The translations under genes and the position numbers were made by a program. From NCBI GenBank assembly GCA_016748015.1, contig JAAOMT010000657.1, positions 372,001-436,000 of the forward strand: a stretch of DNA of 64,000 bases, given 5' to 3'. Shown here one piece after another: positions 25,790 to 38,800 of this stretch. The notes under the pieces were generated by a model. It was not told the DNA's origin. It did no database searches and saw only the letters and a program-made list of their open reading frames with translations. This DNA is from Geosiphon pyriformis uo1 (taxonomy: Eukaryota > Fungi > Glomeromycota). The stretch's first letter is position 1. The number at the start of each line of letters is the position of its first letter.

Positions 25790-28030
25790 AATATAAAAAA
25801 AATGAACAATTTTGCAAAACAGAAAAATATTATTAAATAGATATAAAGAAATAAACAATTTGGTTCTTGTTATTATTAAAATAAAGTTAAAAAGCAAAGT
25901 TTGTCTCTAAATTATAAATAAGTTTGATGATATTTAGATCTATATTTTTGGTTTAAAATCTGAATACTTGAATTTTAATATTGTAATTATTTAATTAAAC
26001 ATGTATATAAAGTTTTTAGATTGCTAATTAACTTCTATTAATTAAATTGTTTTTTAAGAACAAACTTTCAGTTATTATTTTAAGACTTTATATTAATATT
26101 GCTTTGGTTATAAAAATTAATTCTTTGATTGTAAAGACTATAAATAAATTTTTGTTTATGATTTTAGATAAAAATTTTAATAATAACTTTTAGAAAAGTG
26201 TTAATTTCAAAATATATCTTAACTTAAATCTGATTAATTTTTTAATAAAAGCTTAATTATCAAAATATTTACTTGAATAAATTTCAAAAAGTTAAAAAAA
26301 CTATTAATTACATATTAATTTCTGCAAATTTTATTAATATTATAATTAACTATAATATTTTAAATACTGAAAAATACTTTAATATTAATTATAAATCTGT
26401 ATTTGTTTTAATAAATTTAAATAGTCTGTTAAATATACAGTTAAACAATCTTTAAAAACATATTAATAAAAACTAATAGAAATTTAAAAATATTAATACT
26501 ATTAAATAATCTTATTTTAAAAATATTATACTAATTATTATTATTATGTACTTTAAAAGGTTTTCTGTTTTAAAAATATTATTTAATTTAAATATAATAT
26601 AAAATATTTTTTAAAAATTGTTTGTTTTAGTTATTAAATATTATTTAACTTTAATAAGATTTTAAATATTTATATTTTATTAAATTTAGATACAAATTTT
26701 GACAATATTAGATTTATTTTGTTTAAAATTAGAAAATTTTATTATATATTTAAGTTAACAAATTACAAAAAACCAAAAAATTAATAAATAGAAAATTTTA
26801 TTTTAGATAAAAATTATATAATTAAAAATATATTAAAATAATTATTTTACAAAATAATTTTTAATTACTTAATTATTAAAAAAAATTGGTTTTAGTTTTT
26901 AATAAAATTAAGTCAAAATAAATGCAATTATAGAAAGTTGGACAAAAAAAAAGCAGTTTTAAATGAAATTTTTAGTTAATAATATTAATAATAATACTTT
27001 TTTAAAAATAATAAATATTATTAATTTTAATAAAATATTAAGTATAATTAAAAATTTGCCAAATAAAAAAACTGCTAATTTGTCTAATATTACTAATAAA
27101 TTCTAAAAACATTGTACAAATTAAGTTTAAAAATGTTTTTGGATCTTTTAAATATTTATTTAACATATAAGTCAGTTTTTTAATCTTAAAAAAAATCTAA
27201 ATATTTATAATTTTTAAATTATATAAGTAAAAAAAAGGTTTAATCAATAATAAATCTATTATTTTAATTGAAATTACTTAAAAAATTCTTTTTATTATTT
27301 TTTTTAATAGGATTTTTTTGGCTTATAACAGATTTAATATTTTTTGCAATAATAATTTTTCTGTTCTAAAAAATATTTTAATTTAGTTTTCAATTTTTAC
27401 AGTTAGATTAATAATAAAAAATATAACAAAAAAAATCATGAATTTTGACTGGTTTTATAAAACTTGTGTAAGTTTATGACTTTATTAACTAATACTATTT
27501 GAAAAATAGTTTAATTAAAGTAAAAATATATAAAATTTTTATAAAATTTTTTGGCAGCATTTACAATAACAGTTAATTAAATTATAATAAATTATAAATT
27601 AACAGATAAATATTAAATACATAATAGTTTAGACTAAAAAAATATTTTTTTTTATTTTTTTATAAAATTTTTTATGATTCTCTTTTATATAAAGTAAAAA
27701 GACAGAAAAATTTGTATAATTACTAAATTAATATTAAGTTTGTTTACAAAACTGGCAAAGTTAAATTGGTTTAATATTTTATTTTACAGTTAAAGCTTTT
27801 ATTAATAATATAATTTAAATAAAAAATAATCAAATTGCTACTTAATATATTTTAAATATTACAAATAAATTCTTTTAATAAATGTTGTTTTAATTAACAG
27901 TAAAAAAACAATAGTTATTTTTATTAATTAAAAAATTAGAAATTTTTTTGGTTAATTAATAGTTTATTAATTTTAATTAAAAAATAAATAAATTTTATAA
28001 ATTTTATAAATATTTAAATATTTTATTATT
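25790..28030 (+). mobile_element. LINE relic D (very eroded ORF2, APE to RT)
   Basis: Colinear DNA similarity to relic B (e.g. KKVKKTINYILIS..INYKSV); boundaries approximate. Confidence 0.7.
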
Positions 28031-29555
28031 ATTAAATAAGTTTTTTATTTTTTTATTTTTTTATTTAATGAGTGTAGTCTAATCACTATCTAGTATACAA
28101 AATTAAATTAAGTAATCTTAACTAAATACAACTTATGTATTTACTATATATAATTAGCTACTTAAGCTAATTTAAACAATATTATGTATTTATATAAATT
28201 ATTAAACTACTATCAACACCAAAAAAGAAAACACAAGACAAATGTTTATCAAAACTTACTGTTATAGACTTGATAATATCAAACATATAAATTACTTCAT
28301 TCAATAAATTCACACACAATCTATCAGCCAATATAGACATCATACTATTATCACTTACTAGTTTTTTTTATCTTCAACTTATGTTTCACTTTAACATATT
28401 ATATTTTATAATAATAAAAATTGACCAGTTAATGAAAAAAATTCATTAATACAAAATAGCTTCTTTTTTATTGTCATATATTGTTAAAGCATTTTTAAGT
28501 TAATTTTTAAATATAAAATCTTTACAAAACACTAAGTACAATCCAATATTAAAAAGACAAAAAAACAGAGACCATAATATAAAAGAAAACATAAGCACTT
28601 TTTTATCAACCAATAATAACCAAAACTTAATGTAATCCAAAATTAACTTTTTTTACCAGGCTGTATCTTTTAAACACATAAATAAATGATTTGAAAATTC
28701 CACTTTTTTACAAAATAAACACAAAACACTCAGATAAGACTTGTTATATAGTCTTTTATATACAGTAATAAGAAGTTTTCCATGAATAATCTTTATTATA
28801 TAAATTCTAAAATTAGCCATAAATCTGTCAATAATACCAACAAACATGTAAAAATTAGAATGCTAAATCTTAACTATTCAAACCCAATTAATATTACAAA
28901 CAAAAAACTTATTAATAATCTTGAAATTAAGATTTACTTTTCAATAAACATTAGCAATTGCTCTATAAATATCTCAAATAAAGTAATATGTATTATAAGC
29001 TATTGCCAAATTATTAGCCATCAAGTATTATTTTAAAATATTAGTAAAAAATATATAAAAGAATAATTAACAGCTTTAACCAGTTTATTAATATAATTAT
29101 TACTAAACATATCTAAATAATTCTTAAATTTTAACCAAATTACTTTCAAATTCTTGTCTTTTATTAAATTGTTAACATAATGTTTTTTCATTCAACACCA
29201 GTTGTAAAAGTCTGGTTCAAATAAACCAAGTTCCAAAGTATATGCATTAATAGCTATTTGAATATCTAAATACAAAATTACAGTACTAAAAAAGACACAC
29301 ATTCCAAAGCCAAAGTAATAATATACAGTTCAGTTATTGTAAAAAATATTATACTAAAAAACCCAATACCAATATTCATATTTACATTTAAAAAATAAGC
29401 AACTGTTCCACCAGTCATCTCTGGTATATTCAATTTTTTAAGCAAATCATTAATATATACATCAAAAACATCAACCCAAATTTTATACAGAAGATTTTTA
29501 ATTGATCCAAAATTGTCTAAATTTAAGACATTATAAGAAACTGAATTCGAAACAT

Positions 29556-30493
29556 TGTTACCAATAGAATTTTAGCTATTAATTAGCATGAAATTACCCC
29601 TATAATTCTTATTATTAATTAATATATATTATTATCATTTCAATTATCACTTATTATTTAATCAAATTATCAAATATTAATAATTTAATTTGTATTATAG
29701 AAATTAAGATAATCAAATTACACAATATTCTGAACCATTTAATATTCAAAAATTCGCCGAAATTAGCAGAAATTGACCAAAATAATCAATAGTTTGTAGA
29801 AATAATTTGTAGTTTGCTGAAATATATCTTTAGTTTGTCAGAATTATAGCAAAAAAAAAGTGCAAGTTTAAAAACTAGTACTACAGCAAATTGTATAAAA
29901 AAAAAGCTTTTTTTTTCAAGAAAATATATTCTATTTTATCTTACTTTAGATATCTTAATTAGAACAAATTATCTTTTACATTCTTACAAAATCAAATAAA
30001 AATTAAATATTCAAAAACCAAATCCTTAATTATTATACTTGAAATTTTCTCAACACAACTAACATTTTGAAATTGATTAGCTACCAATTTTAATAATCTG
30101 TTAATAACTCCAGGTCTGAATAAAAAATGTTTTTCTTGACAAAATTCTATTTCTTTTATATTTCTTTTTCTTTTCTTATTATAATTATTAGAATAGTCTA
30201 CAGATCAGATTTCTGTAAAAGAGTTGACTTTTACAGCAAAGTAACTACATATTTTTAGTAAGCTTCCAGACAAACAATTCCTGGAAAAGAGTTGATATTT
30301 ACTACAATGTAAATACACAAAGTAACTGGCATAAAATTGATTATTCCACTTATAAGCCCAGTAGTTCAAATTATAGGAGATAATTTGAAGATAAATTCAG
30401 TTATTAAAGATTTAACTACTTTTAGAAAACGTGAATTCACAGCAAACAAATATTAACAACATTAAAAAAAAAGAGCAAAAACTTCTGATAACA
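29556..30493 (+). repeat. solo LTR with 4-bp TSD ACAT/ATAT
   Basis: TGTTACCA start, CTGATAACA end; flanks ACAT (29552-29555) and ATAT (30494-30497) differ by one C>T. Confidence 0.92.
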
Positions 30494-33400
30494 ATATTTA
30501 TCTTATCTTCAATAATAAATTCTAATCCACTCAAAAAACCAGATATTATAGCAAACCAAAATAGAACAAAACTTCTCAAATTCAGTCTTTTTCAGTAACA
30601 AAAAATCTTTTAAGTCATTAAAACATTATGTTTGTCCAAAAGCCCATTATTAAAAACAATACTATAATGTTTCAAAAAGACTATTGTTCTATACTAAGCC
30701 ATTTTTTTTAAGATATTAAACATTAAAAATTTGTCTGAACTGCAAAAAACTTACAACAAATTGTTTAATAATAAGATTTTATTATTCAAAAACACTTTTA
30801 TTATTTTGGCAAAAAAATTGTTTACAGAACTAATCTTTAACTTAACTAGATATTATAAAAGATTATTTAATGCTTAACCCAAAGCCTACAAATCCAAAAA
30901 CTGATAATTAAAAAGTCTGTCAAGAATTTTTTTTAAATTAGCAAACAAAACTGTTAAAGTCATTTTATTTTTAACTTGTAATTGCTTAAAGAATTTCAGA
31001 TTATATAGTAACAGATAATGCAAAGCTTTATTAAAAAAGTTTTTAAGCAACTTAACTTTCAATCTTAAATCCTTTTTAATTAAAAAATCTTATTTGTAGT
31101 AAACATTAACTGAAATAAAACTAAACTATATACAATAATAAATAATTGGCTATAAAACAATAAAAACCAAGTAGCAAAACTGTTTATCTGAGATTGTTTT
31201 TCTCAAAATCATATTTGCAAAAAATCTAACATCTAAATAAGTCTTGGTTAAATTAGATTTAAATAAATCATTAGTAGAAAAATAAATTTCCAAGTAACAA
31301 TAAAATTTGCTTTTTTTTGCAATTAATATAAGACTTTTACTAATAGTCAAAAAAACATTCTTAACTCTCTAGTTGATAAGAATGACTACTATCTTATTAT
31401 TATTAATTAAAAAATTATTGATATCAAAGAATTTGCTAGCAATATTCAAAATATATTGAATTAAGATCTGGCTATTTCCTATCTAAATTATGTTATTAAC
31501 AAAAACTTTAACCACAAGAAATAAAGTTCTTACTTTTGTGTTTTCTAATCTATCTGTTTTGGCTACAAGTTTTGTGTTAATATAATAATTACATAAATAT
31601 TTATGTCTTTTAACTTTATACAAGAAAAAGTCATAAAAAATTCTTCAAAGAAAAAATGAAAAAACTTTATTTTGGTCTAATTTATTATGTATATAATAAC
31701 TTTTTAAAAAATCAAAGTTAGTTATAATTCTGTTAATCCTGTTTTAATATATGCTGTCAATAAATTATTTATATATCTTAATACACTTTAGGCTGTTTTT
31801 CAAATAATGTCAGCCAACTAAGTTATATGCTTTATGTATATCTTGTAAAACCAATTATAAATTTCTATTTTTTTTCAAAACATTTTCTACAACTAAGCCA
31901 ATTATAAACACTAAAGACTAAGTTGACATACTTTTTAATACTAAGAAAGTATCTTTATAAAAAGCACCAAATTTGCTATACACAAAAAAAATTAGTCTAA
32001 AAATATCTTTGACAAAATTTTTCTGGCCATCTTAATTAACACTATTAGCTTAGTATTAATTAGCATATTATCTTAATTATAAGATTTTAAAATCATAAAA
32101 ATCCAAACTTTTTTTTATAAAATAAGAACTATACTAATATTTAAATAACAATTTAACAAAACCAAAAAACAACCTATAATTTTAGAACCACAATGCTTTT
32201 ACAACTCATTTGAAATACCAGATAAACCAGCAGTTTTATTATTAAGTAAATTTCTTACAGTTAGAATTAACTCATTTAAACTAATTTGTTTTATAATTCT
32301 AAAAATATTTTATCTTTAATATAATTTAAAGACATGTATTGTCAAATTCAAATGTTTGACACCAATTTAAACACCAGTTTTCTTTTAGTTCAATTTTTTA
32401 TTATCTTATTTATCTTGTCTTTTACCATCTTAAATTCTAAAATTAAATTTTTACTTACCATCAAATAATTCAAAACCACCTTCTGAAAAAGTTTCTCCAA
32501 AATACTTCTGATTATATAACTTTTGTTTATACAAAAATTTTTTATTTTTCTATCAATTACACCTCTAATTACAGTCATCTTCATAGCTTTAGATTTTTAA
32601 TATTTAGATATCTAATATTTTTTCTTGATTTTTAATAAAAATAAGAAAACTTTTTTACTTTTTATCTCTTTTTTAATAAAAAATAACAGCCCAAAAAAAT
32701 TACCAGCATTCAATTTTAACCAAAATTTTTCAAAATAATCAAACTTAATAATATTTTTTAAAGAAAAAATTTTGATCATTTTTGAAGCTAAAATTTCTAA
32801 TATGTAAAATCTTAAGAACTGCTTATTTTTAAAGCTGTTGAAATTCTTAAACCAAATCTTGTAAAAAACTTTATCTGTCAACTCAATTATTATCAATCTT
32901 AGAAGTTTTTACATAATATTCAAATTATCTTGTTTTTTTGCAATTTAAAGCTTACTAAACACACAAGATATCTGTTCTAATAAGCATTTTCTGAATTAAG
33001 CTTACTTTAAATTATTAGTATTTTTAATGCCAAACTTTTATTGATTTTTATTAGCTTGCTTATGAATTGTATTTAAGCATTTATTTAGAAGACTATCTAA
33101 GCTAATTAAAATTACAATAACCAAATAATTAGTATTAAAAAAATCAAAAATACTACCAATTTTATATTTAATTATTTCTATTAAAAGATATTTATTAACC
33201 AAATATAGTTAATAATTTTTCTTGAATCTTTTGAATTGTTCTATATTGGAATTTTAACAACTAAATTACTTATTAGAGAATTATACAAACTCAAATCAAA
33301 ACATTTCTTAAAACTTGCATTATATTTTATACTATTTTTATTAAAATCACTTCTTATTATTACATAAAAACTCAAACTAACCATCTTGGCAATGTAAAAT

Positions 33401-34865
33401 TTATTTTAAAAGCCTGATCAAATTGCATACTTGTCAAAGCTTTAGCATAAAGACCCAAAACTGTCACTGAAATCTTATTGTTAAACAACAAATAAATTGA
33501 AAATATACAGTTTGAGATCTTAAAGATTTTATAAACATGTTAAGCAAGAACATTATTTATTATTATAATTATTTCTAAACCCAAATAACCAAAATTCAAA
33601 CTGGAAACAAAAATTTTCAAATCTGAAAACCTGTTTTTAATCTAAGATCTAATCTGTTTTTTTAACTTTATCTTAGTAATTATAAAAACCAAATTGTCAG
33701 ATTTATTATGCCATCTTATAATATTTTTTTGCTTAACTATATTGTTCATTTTTTTAACATTACATATTGCAAATTTTTATATAAAATTGGTTATTGAGAT
33801 AAAATAAAACCAGAAAAACCTAAATCAGCATACAATTAATTTAATTTTGCCAAAACCAAATCAACAAAAGCCTTAAGAGCCACCAATTTCAATTCTAAAC
33901 TGCCCATCTTGGTGGTTAAGATTTTTAAATTGCTTGAATTTAATACTGAAGCTTTAGCAAAAGTCAAAAAAAAAAATAGGAGCAAAACATATAAACTGTT
34001 TAAAACCATGCTTAAATTCAAATTTAAATCAGAAGCTGGTAGATTTGTAAAGACATAAAAAAAAAAAGAGAAATCATTAGCATCAACTTCATATTACTAA
34101 GTTTATGCACAATATTAAATACTTGATCAGTTAGCAGCTTCAAAAAACATTCCAAAAAAAACCAAATAAGCACTCATAAAAAAATTATTTAGCAAAACAG
34201 AGGAAGCTTTTTTATTAAAATCTAAAGCACCAAGAAAAAGAGATCCAAAACTCAGACCAGAGTACAAATTATTAAAAACAAAAGTCACTGAAACCATCTA
34301 AGCTTATGATTTGTTACCAAAAACAGCAGAGTAAAAAATAAGAAGATTTTTTTTGGCATACAACTTGGCCAGCTAAAAACAATTTTCATTTAAAATAAAC
34401 TTTTTAAATACTTTCAAAAACAGAAAAATAAAGAAACCAGATATATCACACTTTAAAGCAAAATGTTTAAGACATTCATATTTTTTATATTAAACCAAAT
34501 TTATTTTAGTTTAAAAAAGTTTTATACCATTAAAAATTGGCTTTATGTAAAAGCAAATTTTAGTTTCTTATCTGATTTAAAACCAATCATAGTATAGCAA
34601 ACTCTATTGTTAATTTTGAATGATCAATTTTTAATACAAGTTTTTTTATTAGCTTTTTTTAATAAAACACCAAGCTTATAAGTAGTTGTTTATATAAACA
34701 GAGTAAACAGAAGTACTTTAAATTAATTTTTTAATCTAAATATTGTGATCTCTTATAGTTTTTGTCACATATACTGAATTTTTTTTAATTAAGAATAACT
34801 ATCTAACTGTTAACAAATTCACTTAAGCTAATTTGGTAAATTTTATTATAGTTTTTTTTTATAGT

Positions 34866-35840
34866 TGTTACCAGACGAAATTAGAGATATCATTTAGCAT
34901 AAAACTATCTTATAATTTCTATCATTAATTAGCATATATTATTGTTTCAAATTATCACTTATTACATTAGCAAAGAATGTCCGAAATTATCATTTAATTA
35001 ATAACCCAAATTGTACACAACACAAATGTAACCTAATTGCGATGATCAATCATGCAATACCCCGAACTATGTAACATTTAAAAGTTCGCTGAAATTTATA
35101 GAAATTCACTGAAATAATTGATAGTTCACCGAAATATCTAATAAGTTCGCAGAAATAACTTGTAGTTCGCCGAAATGTATCTTTAGCTCAGTGAAATTAT
35201 AGAAAATAGCAAAGTTCAAGTTTATAAAATAGTGTTATGACAAGTTGTATAAAAGAAGAGCTTCTTTTTTCGAGAAAATGTATCTTACTTTAGATTTATC
35301 ACTTAGAATTATTTCTACACACACAAAAAGAAATAAATACCAAATAATTTGAAAAACCAAATTTTTTAATTATTGCCCTTGGAAAATCCCCAAAAACCCA
35401 ACTAACATTTCGAAATTGATTAGCTACCAATTTCAGTAAACTGTTAGTGACTCCAGACCTGGATAGAAAACGTTTCTCTTGACAAAATTCCATTTTTCGT
35501 TTACATTTCTTTTATTTTCCTTTTTTTTTCTTATTACAATCATTAGGGTAGCCTACAGATAAGATTCCTGTAGAAGAGTTGACTTTCATAGCAAAGTAAC
35601 TATACATTTTAGTGAGCTTCCAGACGAGCAATTCCTGGGAAAGAGTTGACGTTTACTACAACGTAACTACATAAAGTAACTGGCAAGGAATTGGCCATTC
35701 CACTTATAAGCCCAACAGTTCAAATTATAGGAGATAATTTGAAGATAAATTCAGTTATTGGAGGTTCAACCACATCCAGAAAACGTGAATTCACAGCAAA
35801 TAAGTATCAACAACATTACAGAAAAGAGACCAAAAACCTC
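34866..35840 (+). repeat. 5' LTR of the full element (end and PBS hidden in N gap 35841-35860)
   Basis: High identity to 43927-44909. Confidence 0.95.
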
Positions 35841-35860
35841 NNNNNNNNNNNNNNNNNNNN

Positions 35861-38800
35861 TTCAACATTCCAGACGGAATTGAAGTTGTCAAGAAATCAG
35901 TATACCAATACATTGAAAACCGCATCAACAATTATCTTTTTGGAAATTACAATATCTCAGAAGTTAGAAACAACCTTTACAATAATTTAGCACACTATTC
36001 ACAGTTGGGAACTGAAGACCTTAATAGTGAAACACTTGCCACTTACTTTCACGAACTTAATTTTAACATTATCAAATACTGTGAAGAAACATATCCAATG
36101 CAGTCTCAATACACCATTGATTTTGAATCGAAAACAGAAACAAGCAATAAAAACAAATTAAAGCAATATTCAAGAACCACCCCAAATACTCCAACACTAC
36201 TGAAAACAACTGCCAAACATCTACAAACACCTGAACAAAGAACCAGTTCAAAACTTCCACTTACTATCACACCTTTTCCAGCTTCACTTGCACAAGCACA
36301 AATACCTAATTCACCCTTGAATCGATTTGCAAGACCAGAAGATTTTACATCACTCAGAAGTCCCACCAGACAACAAGAACCCCTTCAAACTAGTTCCAAT
36401 CTCCTTGATTTTCTAGCTGAAAATCAAAGTGAACACTCTGAGACAGCAGCAAACGAAGAAAACAACTCTGAAATAACCGAAGAAGAATCAATAGACAGTG
36501 AAAACGAAGAAGACAAAATGACAACATACATCACAAAAATCTCTGAATTCAATAGAGAAGATATTGAGACCAGTCTCCAAGAATGGCTTGACCAAGTTAC
36601 TAAAGCTGGAGATGCAAATAGATGGAACACTGCCAGAATGTTAAGAACAATTCCCTACTTTCTCAAAAGAACAGCAGGAGAATGGTTTGAAAATCTTGCC
36701 ACTCCATTCAATGATTGGAATGCTTTCAAAGCAGCCTTCCTTGAACAGTTCACCAACAATAATACCTCCATCACTCTTCACAATTGTTTTCGAAATATCA
36801 AACAAGAACTCTCCGAATCCATTATGACTTATATTGGGAAATTCAACAAACTTCTTAGATGGATTTGCCAACTTGAAACAAACGATTATTATTCCGATGC
36901 TTAAATCTTGGATCAATTTATCACTGGTCTAAAAGATAAACTAATTAAAAAGGTTCGCCCACATGTGCCAGAAGATTTAAACTCTGCCATACAGTATGCA
37001 AAAAGATACGAAATGGCCATAGAAGAAGCCAATCATACAAAACTTGTAAATTTGGCAATTGGAGAAACCAGCTCAGCAGCTGAGGAAAAAATTGACCAAC
37101 TCACAAAGAAGGTCGAAAATTATTTTACCAACCAACAACAACAATAACCCCAAAGATATCAATCACCCCAAAGACAAAATCAAAATAACTTTGCACCACT
37201 TTCCAATAACCAGCCCCAGAATTACTATTACTGTAGAATCTCTGGCCACTAGAAAAGAGATTGCAGAAAGCTGCAACGAGACCAACAAAATAGGGGTAAT
37301 CAACATTACTCTCCACCACAGCAATCTTATTATCAACTATCACCACCAGCTTACTATCCACCAAGACCCCAATACCAAAATAACTATTATCAGCCTGTCC
37401 CACAACCAATCCAACAGCAATACCAACAACCACCCACACAATATTATCAAGTACCTGCTCGAAGACTGATTACACAAAATCAATTCACACCACAAAACCA
37501 ATACCAAGTAAACAACAGTAGAATCAGTTCGAACAACCAATTGGTTCCCTGAAATACCACTCAACCAAGACCCAACCATTACCACACTCAACCCAGTTAT
37601 TTAACAATGCCGAAAGAACAGGATTTTCACCATACTGCACTTTCAGAAGATAGAGCTGCAGCACAACAACAACGAAACCCTTCTCATCACCACACCACTA
37701 TTCTATCAGCCTGAATTGCTGAAAATGCCAATCTCTCTGATATCTTTTCTTTTGAATTTGAAGCAAATGAATCACCATTCTTGCTTAGCAATGCAGTGGC
37801 TAATGAGCAAAAAGCCATCACTGCAATGTACACAGAAGCTGAAGTAGAAGGAAAGCCAATTTGTTTGATCCTAAACAGTGGATCCGCTGGAAGCATTATT
37901 ACCTACCAGTTAATACAACAGTTGAAAAGAAATGTCGACCGACCAGCTCAAATAGTAATCGTCACTGCTGATGGCATGAAAAAGACCCCAGTAGGAGAAA
38001 TTGACAATTTTCTATTCACTCTTGATGGAATCACCATTTCAGTCAAAGTTCTTGTAATGGACGCCCCCCAGTACCAAGCTCTTGTTGGAAATGATTGGCT
38101 TCAAAAAGCCAATGCTAATCTGAATTGGGAAACACAAGAGTTAACAATCTCCTACCAAGGACAACACACCTGAGTACCTGCCATTTGTGGTACATTCAAC
38201 AAATGTTCTGAAAAAGCCCTGGCTTTTGAATTTGAACCAGAAGAAGAAAAACCAATAATCGAAACATTCATGGCTCTTGGATCAACGTCCAACTGGGCCG
38301 ATGAAACAGAACAAGAACATTTTACCCCACACACTAAACCTGAAACCTCTGGATGGAATATACCTTACTCAAAACCCAAACCAAGAAAACAACACCCCTA
38401 TATTCCTCTTAAATATAAGAACTGCCACAAGAAACTATTGTCAATGGGAGCCTGCATTTCACCTGAAGAAGAATATGAAAATCATACTTGTTATTACTGC
38501 AAGGCTTGCCACAGAGAGCGATGGGGCCATCTAATAAAAAAGAGTGGAAAATGGGACAACACCTCTTGTTTGACTTGTGGAGATCTGCTACCAGAAGAAT
38601 GCAATTGGATTGATGTAGCAATAAGAGGAGGCGTCTGCGATCAGACCTGCCAATATGCTTTATCAATTTCAGAAAAAGTAAAAAAAGGAACACCCTTTAA
38701 TGCAGCATACAATAGTGCTCTCAACAAACTTTATTACTACTCTCATGATGCCAAGATGATTTTCGACTTAGCAATAGCATTAATTAATGGAGCTACCAAA

